This document shows positions 25,758 to 36,600 of a stretch of DNA of 64,000 bases, piece by piece. A program made the translations under genes and the position numbers. Source of the stretch: Bacteroidales bacterium (lineage in GTDB: Bacteria; Bacteroidota; Bacteroidia; Bacteroidales; VadinHA17); NCBI GenBank assembly GCA_017999895.1, contig JAGNKY010000015.1:4278-68277 (forward strand). The letters are read 5' to 3'. The notes beneath the pieces are model-generated. The model was not told the DNA's origin, ran no database searches, and saw nothing but the letters and a program-made list of their open reading frames with translations. The first letter of the stretch is position 1; every line of letters begins with the position of its first letter.

Positions 25758-27929
25758 TTATTGTTTTTTACCTGAGTTTTTGCTATGAGAATGTCTTTCA
25801 TCATCGTATCCGGGTGGATGAGGAAGAAGGACTTTTCTCGAAAGCCTTAACTTACCTGACTTCTCGTCAATATCGATCAGTTTTACTTCAACTTCCTGTC
25901 CCTCTTTCAAAACGTCCTCAACTCTTTCGGTTTTTTTCCAGTCGATTTCTGAAATATGAAGGAGCCCGTCTCTGTTAGGAAGTATCTCGATGAATGCGCC
26001 ATATTGCATTACTGATTTTACAACGCCTTTGTAAACCTGTCCGATTTCAGGGACAGCCACGATTCTTTTTATTTGTTCGAGAGCGTTGATGATTCCTTCT
26101 TTATTTTCTCCAAACACTTCAACTTCGCCGAATCCGTTCTTTTCCTCAACAATTATAGTAGTGTTCGTTTCTCTCTGTATTTCCTGTATTATTTTTCCAC
26201 CCGGGCCGATTAGAGCTCCTATCATTTCTCTGGGAATAGTAATTTTTTCAATTCTCGGGGCATGAGGTTTAAGTTCGGGCCGAGGTTCCGAAATAGTTTT
26301 GTCCATAATATCAAGTATATGTAGTCTGCCTATTCGTGCCTGTTCAAGTGCTTTTGCCAGAATCTCGTATGAAAGCCCCTTAACTTTTATGTCCATCTGA
26401 GTGGCAGTAATCCCATCGCGTGTGCCGGCAATCTTAAAATCCATGTCGCCAAGATGATCTTCATCGCCGAGTATATCGGAAAGGATAACATATTTAGAAT
26501 TGTCATTTTCGGTTATAAGTCCCATAGCAATACCAGAAACTGCCTTTCGGATTTTTATTCCTGCATCCATGAGAGCAAGAGAACCTGCGCATACGGTAGC
26601 CATTGAAGAAGAGCCATTCGATTCGAGAATATCGGAAACAATTCTTATTGCATAAGGATTTTCATCTTCAGGCGGAATCATATTTTTTAGAGCCCGGTGA
26701 GCAAGGTTTCCATGTCCTATTTCTCTGCGGCTGATGCCCCGTGCCGGTTTTGCCTCTCCTGTAGAAAAGGGAGGAAAGTTATAATGAAGTGTAAATTTTT
26801 CCGTTCCCTGAATAAGAGCTTCGTCAATTATCTTTTCATCAAGCTTTGTTCCAAGTGTAACGGTAGTTAGAGATTGTGTTTCGCCTCTTGTAAATAGTGA
26901 TGAACCGTGTGTTGCCGGAAGAGGGTCAACCTCGCAATAGATAGGCCTGATTTCATCAGGCTTGCGGCCGTCGAGTCTGATATTTTCATCGAGCACAAGT
27001 CTGCGGGAGCATTCCTTTTGTACTTCAGCGTAATATTTTCTTACAAGCGTTTCATTAACCTCATCTTCTTCAGTGTATTGTGCAAGAAACTCGGTCAACA
27101 CCGACTCGAAAGCTTCTGTTCTTTTCCGTTTATCTGCAATAAGGCTTTTAGCGACCTGCTTACATTTTTCATAAGTTTCATCCCACACTTTTTTACGCAG
27201 TTCTTCATCATTTTCTTCCTGGCAATATTCTCTTTTTGGAGGGGCTCCGACTTCAGCAGCGAATTCCATCTGGGTTTTACAATGGATTTTTATTGCTTCA
27301 TGAGCTACTTTGAGGGCTTCTATCATATCGGTTTCGGCAACTTCCTTCATTTCCCCTTCAACCATAAGTATATTGTCGTAAGTAGCGCCTACTATAAGAT
27401 CCATATCTGCATCCTTAAGCTCTGTTGCGGTAGGGTTGATTACGAATTTGTTGTTTATTCTTGCAACTCTAACCTCTGAAATAGGGCCATTAAACGGTAT
27501 GTCGGAAAGTGTAAGGGCGGCCGATGCTGCAAGGCCTGCAAGTGCGTCAGGAAGAATTTCTTTGTCGGCAGAGACAAGGTTGATTGTTACAAACGTCTCG
27601 GCATGAAAATCGTCCGGGAAGAGTGGCCTCAATGCCCTGTCAACGAGACGTGCAATAAGTACCTCATTATCTGAAGGTTTAGACTCTCTTTTAAGAAATC
27701 CGCCAGGTATTCGCCCCGATGAAGCGAATTTTTCCTTATATTCAACAGATAACGGCATAAAATCGTTATTTTCTTTTGCTTCTTTAGCTGCAACAACTGT
27801 AGCCAGAAGCATTGTTTTTCCCATTGTAATCAATACTGAGCCGTCTGCCTGCCTGGCATATTTACCGGTCTCCATTACAATTGTCCTTCCATCTCCAAGC
27901 TCAATGGTTTTCTGAAATATCTTAAACAT
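25758..27929 (-). CDS. pnp: Polyribonucleotide nucleotidyltransferase (PNPase)
   Basis: 723 aa with two RNase PH-like halves, a KH region ([12 protein letters not shown]) and an S1 region ([20 protein letters not shown]). Confidence 0.95.
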   Translation of the reverse strand: MFKIFQKTIELGDGRTIVMETGKYARQADGSVLITMGKTMLLATVVAAKEAKENNDFMPLSVEYKEKFASSGRIPGGFLKRESKPSDNEVLIARLVDRALRPLFPDDFHAETFVTINLVSADKEILPDALAGLAASAALTLSDIPFNGPISEVRVARINNKFVINPTATELKDADMDLIVGATYDNILMVEGEMKEVAETDMIEALKVAHEAIKIHCKTQMEFAAEVGAPPKREYCQEENDEELRKKVWDETYEKCKQVAKSLIADKRKRTEAFESVLTEFLAQYTEEDEVNETLVRKYYAEVQKECSRRLVLDENIRLDGRKPDEIRPIYCEVDPLPATHGSSLFTRGETQSLTTVTLGTKLDEKIIDEALIQGTEKFTLHYNFPPFSTGEAKPARGISRREIGHGNLAHRALKNMIPPEDENPYAIRIVSDILESNGSSSMATVCAGSLALMDAGIKIRKAVSGIAMGLITENDNSKYVILSDILGDEDHLGDMDFKIAGTRDGITATQMDIKVKGLSYEILAKALEQARIGRLHILDIMDKTISEPRPELKPHAPRIEKITIPREMIGALIGPGGKIIQEIQRETNTTIIVEEKNGFGEVEVFGENKEGIINALEQIKRIVAVPEIGQVYKGVVKSVMQYGAFIEILPNRDGLLHISEIDWKKTERVEDVLKEGQEVEVKLIDIDEKSGKLRLSRKVLLPHPPGYDDERHSHSKNSGKKQ

Positions 27930-27965
27930 GTTAAGTGATTTATTAAAACTACGAATTTACGAAAT

Positions 27966-28005
27966 AATAGCTTCATTTAAGTAAAAATAGCTTCATTTAA
28001 GTAAA
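27966..28005. repeat. Perfect 20-bp tandem duplication in the rpsO-pnp spacer
   Basis: AATAGCTTCATTTAAGTAAA occurs twice back to back (27966-27985 and 27986-28005). Confidence 0.9.
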
Positions 28006-28030
28006 AAAGGCAACTTGAAATTGCCTTTTT
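28004..28030 (-). terminator. Hairpin immediately 3' of rpsO (terminator/attenuator ahead of pnp)
   Basis: AAAAAGGCAA-N7-TTGCCTTTTT: a 10-bp stem with a GGCAA/TTGCC core and flanking T run, starting 2 nt after the rpsO stop. Confidence 0.5.
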
Positions 28031-28031
28031 A

Positions 28032-28301
28032 CTATTTGCGTAATTTAAGTGCTTTAATTATTTCGCGATATCTTTCTATATCTTTTTCTCTAAGGTAATC
28101 AAGAAGTTTCCTGCGCTTACCGACAAGCTTAATAAGCGCCCGCTGAGTGCTGAAATCTTTCTTATTCTTCTTCAGGTGTTCAGTAAGGGAATTAATACGG
28201 TATGAGAAAAGAGCGATCTGCCCTTCGGTTGATCCGGTATCCATCTCCGACGTTCCAAACGACTTGAAGATTTCTTTCTTTTTTTCTGACGTTAAATACA
28301 T
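28032..28301 (-). CDS. rpsO: 30S ribosomal protein S15
   Basis: 89 aa from the internal ATG at 28301: MYLTSEKKKEIF...GSTEGQIALFSYRINSLTEHLKKNKKDFSTQRALIKLVGKRRKLLDYL. Confidence 0.9.
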   Translation of the reverse strand: MYLTSEKKKEIFKSFGTSEMDTGSTEGQIALFSYRINSLTEHLKKNKKDFSTQRALIKLVGKRRKLLDYLREKDIERYREIIKALKLRK

Positions 28302-28818
28302 GTTTTTTACTAAAATACTGTTAATCCAAATATATATTGTATCTCCAATTTTGGAACGCAAAAATAAAAATTTTTTATGTAAATTATTAATCAATTTTAT
28401 TTTTTTAAAAAATATTATTAAATATTTCTTTATTGAAATCTTATATCAAAAATTAAATCTTTATTAAGTCTTCATTAAAAAGACGAAAAAAATATACTTG
28501 AGGTTGCGTGAATTAAAATATTTATTTTTCTGTTTATCAATAATTTTCAAATATTTATCAAAATATTCCTCAAATGATTATTTTACTTTATTTTATTTTA
28601 TAAAAAGTAATTTTTTACATATATTATTAACTAAACTGTACGTTGTAATAAAATATTTTAAACATTATTGTTCAACAAAATTTGGGAACTTAAAAATTGT
28701 GATTACATATTTTAAAGTAAATCGGGATTTTTTAGCTCGATAATATCAATTCTTAAAGCATCTATTCCTTTTCAATAGTGTTAACCGGCTGCAGAAAGAA
28801 TGTATTTATTGCAAATTT

Positions 28819-30141
28819 TCATGGTTCGAGGATTAACTCATCGTTATCTTTCAATTTTGAGCCTGTGGAAATAAGTTGTAATCCGATGCGGCATTCAAGG
28901 CATCGGCGTTTCCGACAGTATTCCTCTCTTAGATGGATAAGCCCCTGCGTGTCGGAAGCAGAAGAGGCGGTTACTCCGGCTTCGCTCCATTCTCTGATAA
29001 TGCGGTTCTGTTCGGGTTCGATACTTTCGAGAAAATCGAGTGCCCTTTCGCATATTTCATTATTTCCTTTTGCCTTCCCATAAGCAAATAATATCGGAAT
29101 AACAGCATTTATCATAAAAATATCGGTTGCATTTTCGCCTGTGTTTTTTATAGCTTTTTTGCTCTCCTTCCCGAATACATAATGATTATCCCAATATTTT
29201 GATGCAGAAACTGAAAACAGTTTTCTCAGGCTTTCGATATTTTCAGCCTCGATGACTCTCGAGAATAATCCACCTGTTACAGTGAGCATTGCTGCGAGCT
29301 GTGAAATACGTACAGTGGGAAAATTAACTGGCCTCAATTTGCTGAACTTCCAAATCCATCCATGTACAGGTTTTATAGAATATTTGGCAGAAAATACTCT
29401 GAACTCTCTTGCAAGTTCCCTGAAATATTCATCATTAATAGCTTCTCTGAAAAGTTCTTCTTCGAGCATTCCGGCAGTACCGAACAATAAAGCCTCGACC
29501 TGCATACGGTTATCGAGGTGCTTCCTTATTATCTTGAACGGTAGGGCTGAAGCGAGCATTAAGAAGGGATCAGTGTTGACCCTGAATCCAAAATATCTCG
29601 AGATGAGCCTGTAGAAAGTCTCTTCCCAATCGTTCCCTGTCTCTTCGAAAATTTTTTTTATCATTCCGCATTTCCCTGCAAGACGCTCGATAAGAAGCGA
29701 ATTAATCCAGTTGTTCAGGATAAACCCGTTAACCTTTCCTATTTCTTCCTGACATGCAATTGTATATGGATTATTTATCAAACTCATATATTTTTCATAT
29801 ACCCCTATATCGGGTTTGACTTCGACCGTTAATATTTTAGAGCCTGCGGCATTAAAGACATCCCTGTCTTTTTCTCCAACAGCATGAAGAATCAAATTAT
29901 CGTAAGAATGATCAGTATTATGTCCGTGAGTCACAAAATGAGACGCTTTGGTATGAATCTCCACGTTTCCCGCCCATTCGGTGCCGTCATATTTTATTCT
30001 TGCATTGAAAAAATCAGGTCCGGAATCACGATTATAATCTCCCGGATGAACCACTACTATCGGATAGCCTTCAGGAGTTACAAGCGACTTTTTATCATAA
30101 AGGCCATATTTCCATACAAAATGAAGAAATTCTTCTTTCAT
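28819..30141 (-). CDS. DUF2851-family protein
   Basis: N-terminus MKEEFLHFVWKYGLY, ~440 aa. Assigned from memory of the DUF2851 N-terminal signature. Confidence 0.6.
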   Translation of the reverse strand: MKEEFLHFVWKYGLYDKKSLVTPEGYPIVVVHPGDYNRDSGPDFFNARIKYDGTEWAGNVEIHTKASHFVTHGHNTDHSYDNLILHAVGEKDRDVFNAAGSKILTVEVKPDIGVYEKYMSLINNPYTIACQEEIGKVNGFILNNWINSLLIERLAGKCGMIKKIFEETGNDWEETFYRLISRYFGFRVNTDPFLMLASALPFKIIRKHLDNRMQVEALLFGTAGMLEEELFREAINDEYFRELAREFRVFSAKYSIKPVHGWIWKFSKLRPVNFPTVRISQLAAMLTVTGGLFSRVIEAENIESLRKLFSVSASKYWDNHYVFGKESKKAIKNTGENATDIFMINAVIPILFAYGKAKGNNEICERALDFLESIEPEQNRIIREWSEAGVTASSASDTQGLIHLREEYCRKRRCLECRIGLQLISTGSKLKDNDELILEP

Positions 30142-30254
30142 GAAAAGCACATTTTAATGCAGCGATATAATTATAAAGATACAAAATTATTTTTGATTTA
30201 GGATGAATTATTGATGATTTATTATGGATTATAGAGGGAAAAATTGAGAAAATT

Positions 30255-31082
30255 CTAGATTAATCTTTTCTGTATCAAGTGTTTTTCCATCTGCATCTGC
30301 ATTTCATGGGCTTTAGCCCGTGCGGCTTTATCGAAATTTTCCGAATTATCAGCAAAAATTATTGCACGTGATGAGTTAACAAGCAGTCCGCATGTATTAT
30401 TCATCCCATATTTCGACACCTCTTCGAGGCTTCCACCCTGAGCTCCAACGCCTGGAATAAGCAGGAAAAATTCGGGCACGAGTTTTCTAACATTCTTCAG
30501 CATCTCAGGCTTTGTAGCGCCCACCACATACATTATATTATCGTTATTACCCCATTTCCGGGAAACAGATATTACTCTTTCAAAGAGCTTTATGCCGTCC
30601 TCATTATGATATTGAAAGTCATTTGCTCCTTTATTCGATGTAAGGGCAAGTATTACAGCCCATTTCCCAGGCACATTGAGAAAAGGAGTTATTGAATCCT
30701 CTCCCATATACGGCGAAAGTGTTACAGCATCGAACGGCATATTTTCGAAAAAAGCTTTTGCATACATACGTGCCGTATTCCCTATATCGCAGCGTTTGGC
30801 ATCGGCTATAACAAAAATATCAGGGTGATACTCCTTTACATATCTTACTGTTTTGTCGAGCGAAGTCCATCCTTCGGCACCCCTTGCCTCATAGAAAGCA
30901 AGGTTTGGTTTATATGCTACTGAATACTCAAAAGTTGCTTCTATAATTTTCCGGTTGAATTCAAAAACCGGGTCATTTGCGGATAAAAGCGAAGAAGGTA
31001 TTTTTTCATATTCCGAATCGAGTCCCACACACAAATACGATTTCTTGTTCCTGATGTTTTTGAAAAGCTCTGAATGAGTCAT
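30255..31082 (-). CDS. pyrF: Orotidine 5'-phosphate decarboxylase (type 2)
   Basis: LCVGLDS...ADAKRCDIGNTA...PGVGAQGG. Confidence 0.85.
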   Translation of the reverse strand: MTHSELFKNIRNKKSYLCVGLDSEYEKIPSSLLSANDPVFEFNRKIIEATFEYSVAYKPNLAFYEARGAEGWTSLDKTVRYVKEYHPDIFVIADAKRCDIGNTARMYAKAFFENMPFDAVTLSPYMGEDSITPFLNVPGKWAVILALTSNKGANDFQYHNEDGIKLFERVISVSRKWGNNDNIMYVVGATKPEMLKNVRKLVPEFFLLIPGVGAQGGSLEEVSKYGMNNTCGLLVNSSRAIIFADNSENFDKAARAKAHEMQMQMEKHLIQKRLI

Positions 31083-31101
31083 GTAAATATTTGAATAAAT
31101 T

Positions 31102-32190
31102 TTAGAGGTTGTTCGCCTTTAGCCGTTCGGCATTTTCTGCCATCTGAAGTTTATCAATCACTTCCTGAATATTTCCGTCGAGAACATTCTGCAGATTATA
31201 AACTGTATAATTGATACGGTGATCCGTCATTCTTCCTTGTGGAAAATTATATGTCCGAATCTTTGCCGAACGATCGCCGGTTGAAACCATCGTTTTCCTT
31301 TTTTTGGAAATGTTATCGAGATATTTTTGATATTCCAGGTTGTAAAGTCTTGTTTTCAGTTCTTTAAGTGCTTTCTCGTAATTTTTTATTTGTGATTTTT
31401 CATCCTGGCAGGTCACAACAATACCTGTAGGTATGTGGGTCAACCTTATAGCCGAATAAGTTGTATTCACTGACTGGCCACCTGGACCTGATGAGCAGAA
31501 GATATCCTTTCTTATGTCCTCGTTTCTTATTTCCACATCCACGTCATCTGCTTCCGGAAGTACTACGACTGAAGCGGCGGAAGTATGAATTCGTCCCTGA
31601 GTTTCCGTCTGAGGAACTCGCTGAACCCTGTGAACTCCCGATTCATATTTCATAATACCGTAAACACCCTCTCCGGTTACCCTTATCACTATTTCCTTGT
31701 AGCCACCAGCGGTTCCTTCTGTAAAACTCGTAACTTCTGCTTTCCATCCTTTAATTTCGAAAAACTTGGAATACATCCTGAAAAGATCACCTGCAAAGAT
31801 ACTGGCTTCATCGCCTCCTGTGCCGGCTCTTATTTCCACTATAGCATTCTTACTGTCTTCCGGATCGGCAGGTATTAAAAGTAGCTTTATCTGCTCTTCC
31901 ATTTCCGGCAGACTGGCATTAAGTTCCTCCAACTCTTGCTTGGCTATTTCCCTCATCTCTTCGTCTTTTTCCGAAGCAAGCATTAATCTTGTATTTTCAA
32001 TATTTGCAAGGATAAGTTTATACTTTTCATAAGCAGTAACAACTGGCTGAAGGCTCTTATATTCTTTGTTTAGCTGGATATAGTTCTTCATATCCGAAAG
32101 AATCTCCTCGCGGGTTAACATATTACCTACTTCAATAAACCTTTGTCTCACACCTTCAAGCCTTTCAAGTATAATATTATTACCAGTCAT
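31102..32190 (-). CDS. prfA: Peptide chain release factor 1
   Basis: GGQ motif SGPGGQSVNTT and an RF1-type PxT tripeptide in RVPQTETQGRIHTS. Confidence 0.9.
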   Translation of the reverse strand: MTGNNIILERLEGVRQRFIEVGNMLTREEILSDMKNYIQLNKEYKSLQPVVTAYEKYKLILANIENTRLMLASEKDEEMREIAKQELEELNASLPEMEEQIKLLLIPADPEDSKNAIVEIRAGTGGDEASIFAGDLFRMYSKFFEIKGWKAEVTSFTEGTAGGYKEIVIRVTGEGVYGIMKYESGVHRVQRVPQTETQGRIHTSAASVVVLPEADDVDVEIRNEDIRKDIFCSSGPGGQSVNTTYSAIRLTHIPTGIVVTCQDEKSQIKNYEKALKELKTRLYNLEYQKYLDNISKKRKTMVSTGDRSAKIRTYNFPQGRMTDHRINYTVYNLQNVLDGNIQEVIDKLQMAENAERLKANNL

Positions 32191-32390
32191 CTGGAATAAT
32201 TTTCAAGCTACAAATTTAAAAAAAAATAGAAAGGTGCAAGAGCATAAGGGTATAAAGTATGGTATGGGCATAAGTGAATAGAGATACAGGAAGTATTGAA
32301 AATAAAGTGGAACGGAGGAGAAAGGGGGTATAGGGAAAAGATAAAAGATAAAAGGCAAAAGATAAAACACAGACAAAAGACATTAAGCTT

Positions 32391-33560
32391 TTAATACTCG
32401 AACACTCCGAAGTCAGATTTGACTGTCAGTTTCTTTCTGTCGGAAGACTCGACATGGCCAATAATACGAGTGTCGAGATTGAACTCTGATGCAATTTCAA
32501 TAATTTCCACAGCATCTTTTTCGGCTACATAGATTTCAAACCTGTGTCCCATATTGAATACTTTATACATTTCTTCCCATGGTGTACCTGACATCTTATG
32601 AATTATTTCAAACACTGGCGGAAGAGGAAAAAGATTGTCTTTTATAATATGCAGTTTATCTATAAAATGGAGTATTTTAGTCTGGCCGCCGCCTGTACAG
32701 TGTATTATACCGTGAATCGAGCTTCTCTTCTGTTCGAGCACAGTTTTCATAACCGGTGCATAAGTACGTGAAGGAGATAAAATCAGTTTTCCAGCATCAA
32801 TATCAATTCCTTCTATTTTATCTGTAAGCTTCAATTTTCCTGAATAAACCAGATAATCGGGCATCGATGGATCGTAACTTTCCGGATATTTTTCTGCAAG
32901 ATAGTTTGCGAAAACGTCGTGGCGTGCCGAAGTGAGGCCATTGCTTCCGATTCCGCTGTTGTATTCATCCTCGTATATTGTTCGTCCGTAAGACACCAGT
33001 CCGACAATAACATCGCCTGGCCGAATATTATTGTTGGTTATCACTTCATTTCGTTTCATTCTGGCAGTTACTGTGGAATCAACAATAATCGTCCTTACAA
33101 GGTCACCTACGTCGGCCGTTTCGCCGCCAGTCGAATAAATACCTATACCAAGTGTCCTCATTTTCTCGAGAAATTCTTCAGTTCCGTTTATAATTGCCGA
33201 AATTACCTCCCCCTGAATAACTGATTTGTTTCTTCCTATAGTTGATGAAATGAGGATATTATTATAAGCTCCCACGCAGAGAAGGTCGTCGAGGTTCATG
33301 ACTATAGCATCCTGCGCTATGCCTTTCCATACCGTCATGTCTCCGGTTTCTTTCCAGTAAACATAAGCGAGCGACGACTTTGTTCCTGCGCCGTCCGAAT
33401 GCATTATGTTGCAATAATCGAGATCGCCGCAGAGAAAGTCGGGAACAATTTTACAGAATGCACCCGGATACAATCCCTTATCAATGTTTCTGATAGCATT
33501 ATGTACCTCCTTTTTCGAAGAGGAGACACCTCTTTTACTATAACGCGACTCATCAGCCAT
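32391..33560 (-). CDS. purM: Phosphoribosylformylglycinamidine cyclo-ligase (AIR synthase), long Bacteroidota form
   Basis: 389 aa with a PurM-like N-terminal domain (HSDGAGTKS...DDLLCVGA) and C-terminal domain. Confidence 0.75.
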   Translation of the reverse strand: MADESRYSKRGVSSSKKEVHNAIRNIDKGLYPGAFCKIVPDFLCGDLDYCNIMHSDGAGTKSSLAYVYWKETGDMTVWKGIAQDAIVMNLDDLLCVGAYNNILISSTIGRNKSVIQGEVISAIINGTEEFLEKMRTLGIGIYSTGGETADVGDLVRTIIVDSTVTARMKRNEVITNNNIRPGDVIVGLVSYGRTIYEDEYNSGIGSNGLTSARHDVFANYLAEKYPESYDPSMPDYLVYSGKLKLTDKIEGIDIDAGKLILSPSRTYAPVMKTVLEQKRSSIHGIIHCTGGGQTKILHFIDKLHIIKDNLFPLPPVFEIIHKMSGTPWEEMYKVFNMGHRFEIYVAEKDAVEIIEIASEFNLDTRIIGHVESSDRKKLTVKSDFGVFEY

Positions 33561-33673
33561 TTACTGAATTTTTCCAGGGTATAAAGGTAAGAAAATGAAT
33601 AACGATTAAAAGTGTGGTTTTTTAGTTTGTATTATATAATATATTAAACAACGAAGGCGAAGCGATTACAGTT

Positions 33674-36600
33674 TTATAACTGATCAAGAGCAATTTTCGC
33701 ATTAAGGTAATCCTGCGAAATTGACAATGCAGAAGTGAACTCTTCTTTTGCTTTCTTCCTGTCACCAAGTCCTGAATAACCAAGTCCGGCAATATAATGT
33801 GCCACTGCAGTAATTGGCCGTCCTTGTTGCCTTCTGTTAACCTGGGAGGCTGCAGAATCAATTTTTTCCTGTTGTTTAAGGACTTCCCTGGCAGTTGAAA
33901 CCAATTCATCAAATATTTCTTTAGTTCCATCTCTAAATCCAAGTTTTTCTCTTGCAAGAGCCTCGTAATATTTTCGTTCCAACTGTTCCAGACTGGCACT
34001 TGTTATATTGGTTCTTCCACCAGTGTATCCGGAGCCTGTTCCGCCCGAGCCCATTCCTCCACCGGCAGCAATCCCTCCCCCAGCAACACCCTCTCTTAAC
34101 ATTCTTTCTTCCGGATTGATAACCTCATTCCATGATTTTTTTGCATTTTCTTTTTCACCAAGTGCTTCGTATGCGCATCCCTTCCAGTAAGCCACCATAT
34201 AACTCCGTGTGTTAAAACGCTGCTCTGCCCTTAGGTTTTCAGGTGGTTCGAAAATAGCTTCAAAACTCGAAATAGCATCCCTGTATTTTTTCTTTTTTAT
34301 CTGCTGAAGACCCAGAATAAGGTTTGCATCTGCCCATGCCTGGCCGGTGTTAAAGGCCTGTCCGCCTTCCCATATACTAAAAGTACGGTTCCGTAAAAGC
34401 CTTATCGACTCCTCAGCCTTACCGGCAAAATTCTTAAGAGTTATCATATTGCCAAGAGCTTCATCGCTTTTCAAAACCACGCTTTCATATTTTTCAAATA
34501 AAGCAAGACGTTTTGAGACAGGTACATTAGTTGCCTGGTACAGGCGGTCTAATTCGATTAAATGATTTGCATAAGGTTGTTTGCTCACTGCAATTGCCTT
34601 CTCAAGGCATGCGATTGCTTTGGCTTTAGAGTCGTTGATATTTTGATGAGAATAGGCAATTGCCAGATTTCTCCATGTAATTGGAAAGCCCGGATCAAGT
34701 TCAGCAGATTTTTCCCATAGTTTAACAGAAACCTCCGGTTGCCAGTCATATAAAAGATTTCCAAGATAATAAGGAGCACGTGCATCTCGCGGATTTATGG
34801 CCATAGCACTATTCAATATCGGAATAAGTTCATCCTGGAAAGGAAAAACATAGTCGGGAGGCTGAAGGACAGCCTGATTATAATATTCGGTAGCCCTGAC
34901 ATTATCATCGAGTTTTTCCGCGAAATACCCCATATAGTAATATATTATTGGCGATATAGCACTTTTATCCGGAACTTTCAAAATACTCTGTTGTAGTATG
35001 TTTAACCCATCACTCCATAATCCGCAATTGTAATAACTGGCTGCAATTTCTTGTAAGACAGCCGGATGTGAATTAGTTGTTTCGAAAAGAATTTTTTCTG
35101 TATTTTTATCTTTAGAAGCCATCCATTTTTCGGCCATAAGATGAGCATCCAGAGGATCGCATTTTTGTTGAGCAAATGCAACTAATTTTATAGCCTCATC
35201 CGCACGATTAAGATGCCTGAGAATAGAAGATTTCAAAACATAAGCTCTCAAATTATATGCGTTGCCGTCAATAGCCCTGTCAATAAATTCAAGAGCCAAA
35301 TTGAAATCACCACGTGTTGTTGCAATTTCAGCTAAAGAAAAATAAGCAGGCGATTTCCATTCTTCTTCCCATGCGGCTTTATAAAAAGCAGTATAAGCTT
35401 CATCCAGACGCCCCTGTTTTTTAAGAGCTAAACCGAGATAATAGAATGGCTCAGCATTTTTTGGTGTAGTATGGTTGGCTGTAAGGCGTCTTATAGCCAT
35501 ATTCAGATATTTCTCCGCCTCAGCGTATCTTGCTTTTTTAAGACTCAAAATTCCCATTTCCGTATTTGCAGCCACATTGGCTGAATCGCGACGAAGTACT
35601 TCCAGATAATACGGATCGGCGTCGAGTGATGGATGGTGAAACTGGTCAATGCGTAAACCGGCGAGAAAGAGTTCTTCATTATTATCAATGTCTGCAGGCG
35701 CTTTTGGATCAGTGTAAGGCATTGGCATTGGCTCGGGTATTATGCGTACCGGAGAATATGAAATAAGTTCGCTGCCTTCAGCCGATATAGAAGCACGAAG
35801 ATCATGCTCGTCAATGCCCTCGGGCAACGATATTTCTTTTTTATAAGGATTCTCAGGATTGATAGATATTTTCTCCTCGAGAAGAACTTTATCTGCTGCT
35901 TTAAGAGTAACAACCGCATTTGAATGCGACCTTGTTGTATAAAACCCGAATAATGCTTTTCCATCTTTAACCTCGAGATTTACAGCAGCATCATGATTAG
36001 CATTTTTCGCACCTTCAATTCCTCTGAAGGGATATAAGTATATCTTAAAAGCTCTTTCCTCGTATGGGTGCATCCATGAATAATCAGGCTGATTATCGGA
36101 ATATGCACCTACCATTATTTCAAGGTAAGGGCCGTCGTCATCGGTAAGAATTTTGTCCCACATAGAACCAACACCCCATGTAAAGAATTTTTTCCCGGGT
36201 ACGATATTATGATCTGCAACACTCATTATGCCTGCATTTTTTCCATGGTCATAGCCTGCCACAAAATCATCCTCGTAATTTACAGCGAACCACGATGCCG
36301 ACCTCAGGTTGTTTTTATACCAGCTTACATCGAGCCCATTGACGACAGGCCATGGAGAGAAACTACGTTTACTATGACCGGTAGACCATTGTGTGCGGGG
36401 CGGAAAAATTACCTGGTAATTTTCGTTTGTATGAACGGCAATATTGGCAAAACAAAGCATCGAATTTGCCACAGGCGTGCGATTCACAATTCTTACTGAG
36501 CACTCGAGTATAGAACTGCCTGGCCGGAGAGTATAGCCTACCGCCCATCTCATCCGATGTCGAATCTCAAGTTCTCCAATCCACACCGTTTTACTTCCAT

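Noticed and set aside
26907-27479. 190-aa plus-strand ORF antisense to pnp.
   Set aside because: pnp is unambiguous on the minus strand. The antisense product is F/S/I-rich with no recognisable motif.
28395-28818. ORFs 28147-28467, 28498-28743 and 28778-29083 in and around the very AT-rich spacer upstream of rpsO.
   Set aside because: They have low-complexity I/F/K/L-rich translations and non-ATG starts, and they overlap rpsO or the DUF2851 gene. The spacer more likely holds the rpsO promoter. A TATATTTG (TAnnTTTG-like) element lies at 28327-28334 on the minus strand, but I could not find a well-spaced -33 TTTG, so no promoter is called.
31102-32190. Programmed +1 frameshift of the release-factor type.
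   Set aside because: The gene is RF1 (PxT-type motif) and reads as one uninterrupted ORF. The frameshift is a feature of prfB.
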